Below are positions 61,501-64,000 of a DNA stretch of 64,000 nucleotides, one piece after another. How positions within the stretch are numbered: position 1 is the first letter of the stretch; each line of letters starts with the position of its first letter. Origin of the DNA: Takakia lepidozioides (lineage: Eukaryota; Plantae; Bryophyta); NCBI GenBank assembly GCA_030704615.1, contig CM060734.1, positions 20,274,001 to 20,338,000 of the forward strand, given 5' to 3'. A model generated the notes under the pieces. The model ran no database searches. It saw only the letters and a program-made list of their open reading frames with translations, and was not told the DNA's origin. The position numbers were made by a program, and so were the translations under genes.

Positions 61501-62681
61501 GTTCACGGACAATGTCATGGTGAAGTATTTTGCCACGCAGCCCAAGTTGTCCCCAAAAACAACTTAGGTGGCAAGATACTTTGGCGGTGTTCGACGTGGA
61601 TATCCAGTACAAACCCGGGTCGAGACAACGTGGTGGCCGATGCTTTAAGTAGAAAGCAGCAGCTCTTGTTGGTGTACAAGGGCGAGACGGCGCTCCAAAG
61701 GAAGATCCGGAAGGCTTGCCGGAAGGCTTGCCGGAAGGATGAGCGGGCGAAGTCCATGATGTAGGACTTGAGGATGGGGGTTAAATCGCAGTTTCACTTG
61801 CAAAATGGACTGCTCCGGTATAAGCAAAAGCGTCTCTACGTGCCAAAGGGAGGGATCAGAGATAGCCTCTTGAGAGAATGCCATGATAGCTCGCTTGCGG
61901 GCCACGGCGGAGCCAAGTGCACTGCGGCACTCTTGAAGAAAAGAGAGTTTCTGGCCCAAACTGAGGGAGGAGGCAGAGGAGTATGTCAAGACATGCACCA
62001 CATGCCAACAAAACCGGAGCGAGTACAAAAAGCAAGCGGGACTGTACAACCCTTGCCGATTCCAGAGGGGACTTGGGAAAGCGTCTCGATGGATTTCATG
62101 ACTGCTATGCCGCTGTCAAAAGGATTCGATGCAATCATGGTGGTGGGGGATAGGTTCAGTAAAATGGGTCATTTCATCCTCACCAAGGAGACGGCAACGG
62201 CGCAGGAGACAGGGCGACTTTACTTCGCCCACGTCTTAAAGCATCATGAAGTCCCGAAGGATATTGTCTCGGACCGGGATCCAAAGTTTACGAGTAAATT
62301 TTGGAGGGCACTTTGGAAGAAGATGGGGACGAGGCTGAAGATGAGCACCGCCCCGACCTACGACTGCCGGCAAACAGCAAGGTGCACCCAGTATTCCATG
62401 TCTCCCTTTTGAAGCCTTACTTCAAAGATGAAGCGCGTCCGAATCGGCATCAAGTGTTGCGTCCGCCACCTATGCTGTTGGATCATGAAAATGAACCTGA
62501 GTACGAGGTGGAGGCAATACTTAAGTCGAGGAGGTTCAAGAACCGAGAAATGGAGTATCTCGTCAAACGGAAGGGCTATCATCATGTGGAGGCATCTTGG
62601 GTGCGTGCCTCAGAAATGAGAAACGCATCCGAGGCGGTTGCAGCTTTCGAAGGGCGACCTCAAAAGCGGAAGAAACGTTGA
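58587..62681 (+). pseudogene. gag-pol with zinc knuckle, protease, RT, RNase H, truncated integrase and chromodomain
   Basis: [47 protein letters not shown]; chromodomain EYEVEAILKSRR...EYLVKRKGY...SWV (about 62499-62650); multiple stops and frameshifts. Confidence 0.92.
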
Positions 62682-63558
62682 TGGGGACATCAACCTTGGA
62701 GCGTGGGGGAGGAAATGCATGCTTAGCCTGGCTTAGCTAGCTTAGGAATCCGATTACAAAAACTTGTATTGTACAAAAATTTGTTATAAAGGAAATGGGT
62801 TCCAAATGTTGTGCGTCCTATTTTGTTTGGAATGGTGATGCATGGTATGGTTGGCTAGTGTGTAGAATGCATGCTAGCTTATAAAAGTGGGAGAGGTAAA
62901 TTGGGTCAATCGTGTGTTTGCGTAGTGCCGAAATCGGGTGACCCCCATCCAAGGGGCAAAGAAACTTGCGACTTCTTTGGGAGTTCACGTGCTAGTGCGC
63001 ACCTGGCGCGTGCGCGTACTATAACTGCGCTACCGAGGGGGTTGCCTTGTAGTGCGGGCTAACGCGGAAGCTACGTGCTTCCGTTCACGTACTATAATCG
63101 TTTAGCCTCGGGACGAAGTCGTAGTGCGGCTTCGGCGTGTTCCCGTACCTCAGGCCAGCATTCCAAGGTGGACCCAATTGTAGTGATTGGGGCGCACGGT
63201 TGGTTCAAGGTTAACCCTTGCTCAAGGTGATGCCAAAAGCGGCATCATGAGCGATCGCAAGCAATGTTGTTGCAGTAAGGCGATTCGATCCTCGGGGGGG
63301 ATCATTCCTTGGCCTTGAAGTAGGCCAAGAAGAGTGCACTGGGAGGAGCTGGAGAGGCTCCACCCTTGGCCGGGACTTGGAGGAAGTCGGCCGAACTAGC
63401 TAGTGGAGAGTAGAGTCAAGTGTGGGGTTTGGTTCTTTGCCATGGGACGCCATGGTACGGAAACAAACTCCTTGATGTGGGACGCCACAACTTGGATGTT
63501 CGTTTCTACAAAATGGACAAGTCGATGAGGACATCGACTCCCTGTTGGTAGGGGTGTG

Positions 63559-64000
63559 TGTCGCGGCCCTTTGCCTTGAGGGCAGGGGGTCGGGACACAT
63601 GAGGGGCTGCCCCTATGGTGGGGGCAGCGGCAGCGATAGGTATGGGGGGGGCTGAAGCACCCTTGAGTGCCCAAGGCACTCAAGGAGGCGGAGGCGCTCA
63701 CTAGGTGGAGCCCCGCACACCGGGTTGCGGTGGGGGGTGGCTCCACAAGGGGTGGTGGTAGCTTAGCGGGACTTAGTGGGGTGGCATAGGACTCACCATG
63801 GGGGCGGAGACCTCGTGGTGGGAGTCGTGGGGAGTCTTGGGACTCATCACGGTCCAGAGGGGCCGTGGTGAGTGGGCCAAGACTCACCGCGACTCATCAC
63901 CGGGAGTCGAGGGTTTTCGTGGTGGTTCGCCATAAAATGGCATGGCTGGTTGTGAAACCCCCGCGGACAGCTACAGAAGTATATATAAGGGGGAGTAGTG
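63559..64000 (+). repeat. 3' LTR (partial)
   Basis: Near-identical to sequence from 57807 onward; preceded by purine-rich GGTAGGGG. Confidence 0.93.

Larger units (their letters stand above)
57807..64000 (+). mobile_element. Chromodomain Ty3/Gypsy retrotransposon (chromovirus); 3' LTR cut by the window edge
   Basis: 5' LTR TGTCGCG...CGCGACA (57807-58532), Met PBS, gag-pol, 3' LTR from 63559. Confidence 0.95.

Overview
Eukaryotic, transposon-dense land-plant DNA. It is probably from a non-seed plant, inferred from the spliced NPF transporter, PLS-type PPR fragments and TE types. The only clearly intact host gene is a spliced NRT1/PTR (NPF) transporter (2344-5307, minus strand). Most of the rest is a nest of mobile elements whose ends and target-site duplications (TSDs) can be read directly. 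A 25.5-kb non-autonomous CACTA element (14397-39923, GGT TSD) carries captured OSB/PPR gene fragments and two nested elements. (1) A young Ty3/Gypsy retrotransposon (16225-27686, GTGC TSD) whose pol carries a C5-cytosine DNA methyltransferase between protease and RT and a PHD finger after the integrase. Its repeats are arranged A...B-A-B rather than as normal LTRs; it has a self-complementary site instead of a tRNA PBS and a UAG-CARYYA stop before RT. (2) A Mutator-like element (29621-37852, 9-bp TSD) with a SWIM-containing DDE transposase and a divergent spliced gene ending in a beta-class N4C/N6A-type DNA methyltransferase domain. Further right are a Sola-like transposase split by a 4.8-kb palindrome-array element (8-bp TSD), two diverged copies of an unknown domain, a second MULE remnant, an F-box/kelch pseudogene and a chromodomain Gypsy element running off the window. 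The main candidate novel system is transposons carrying their own DNA methyltransferases, here of two unrelated classes.
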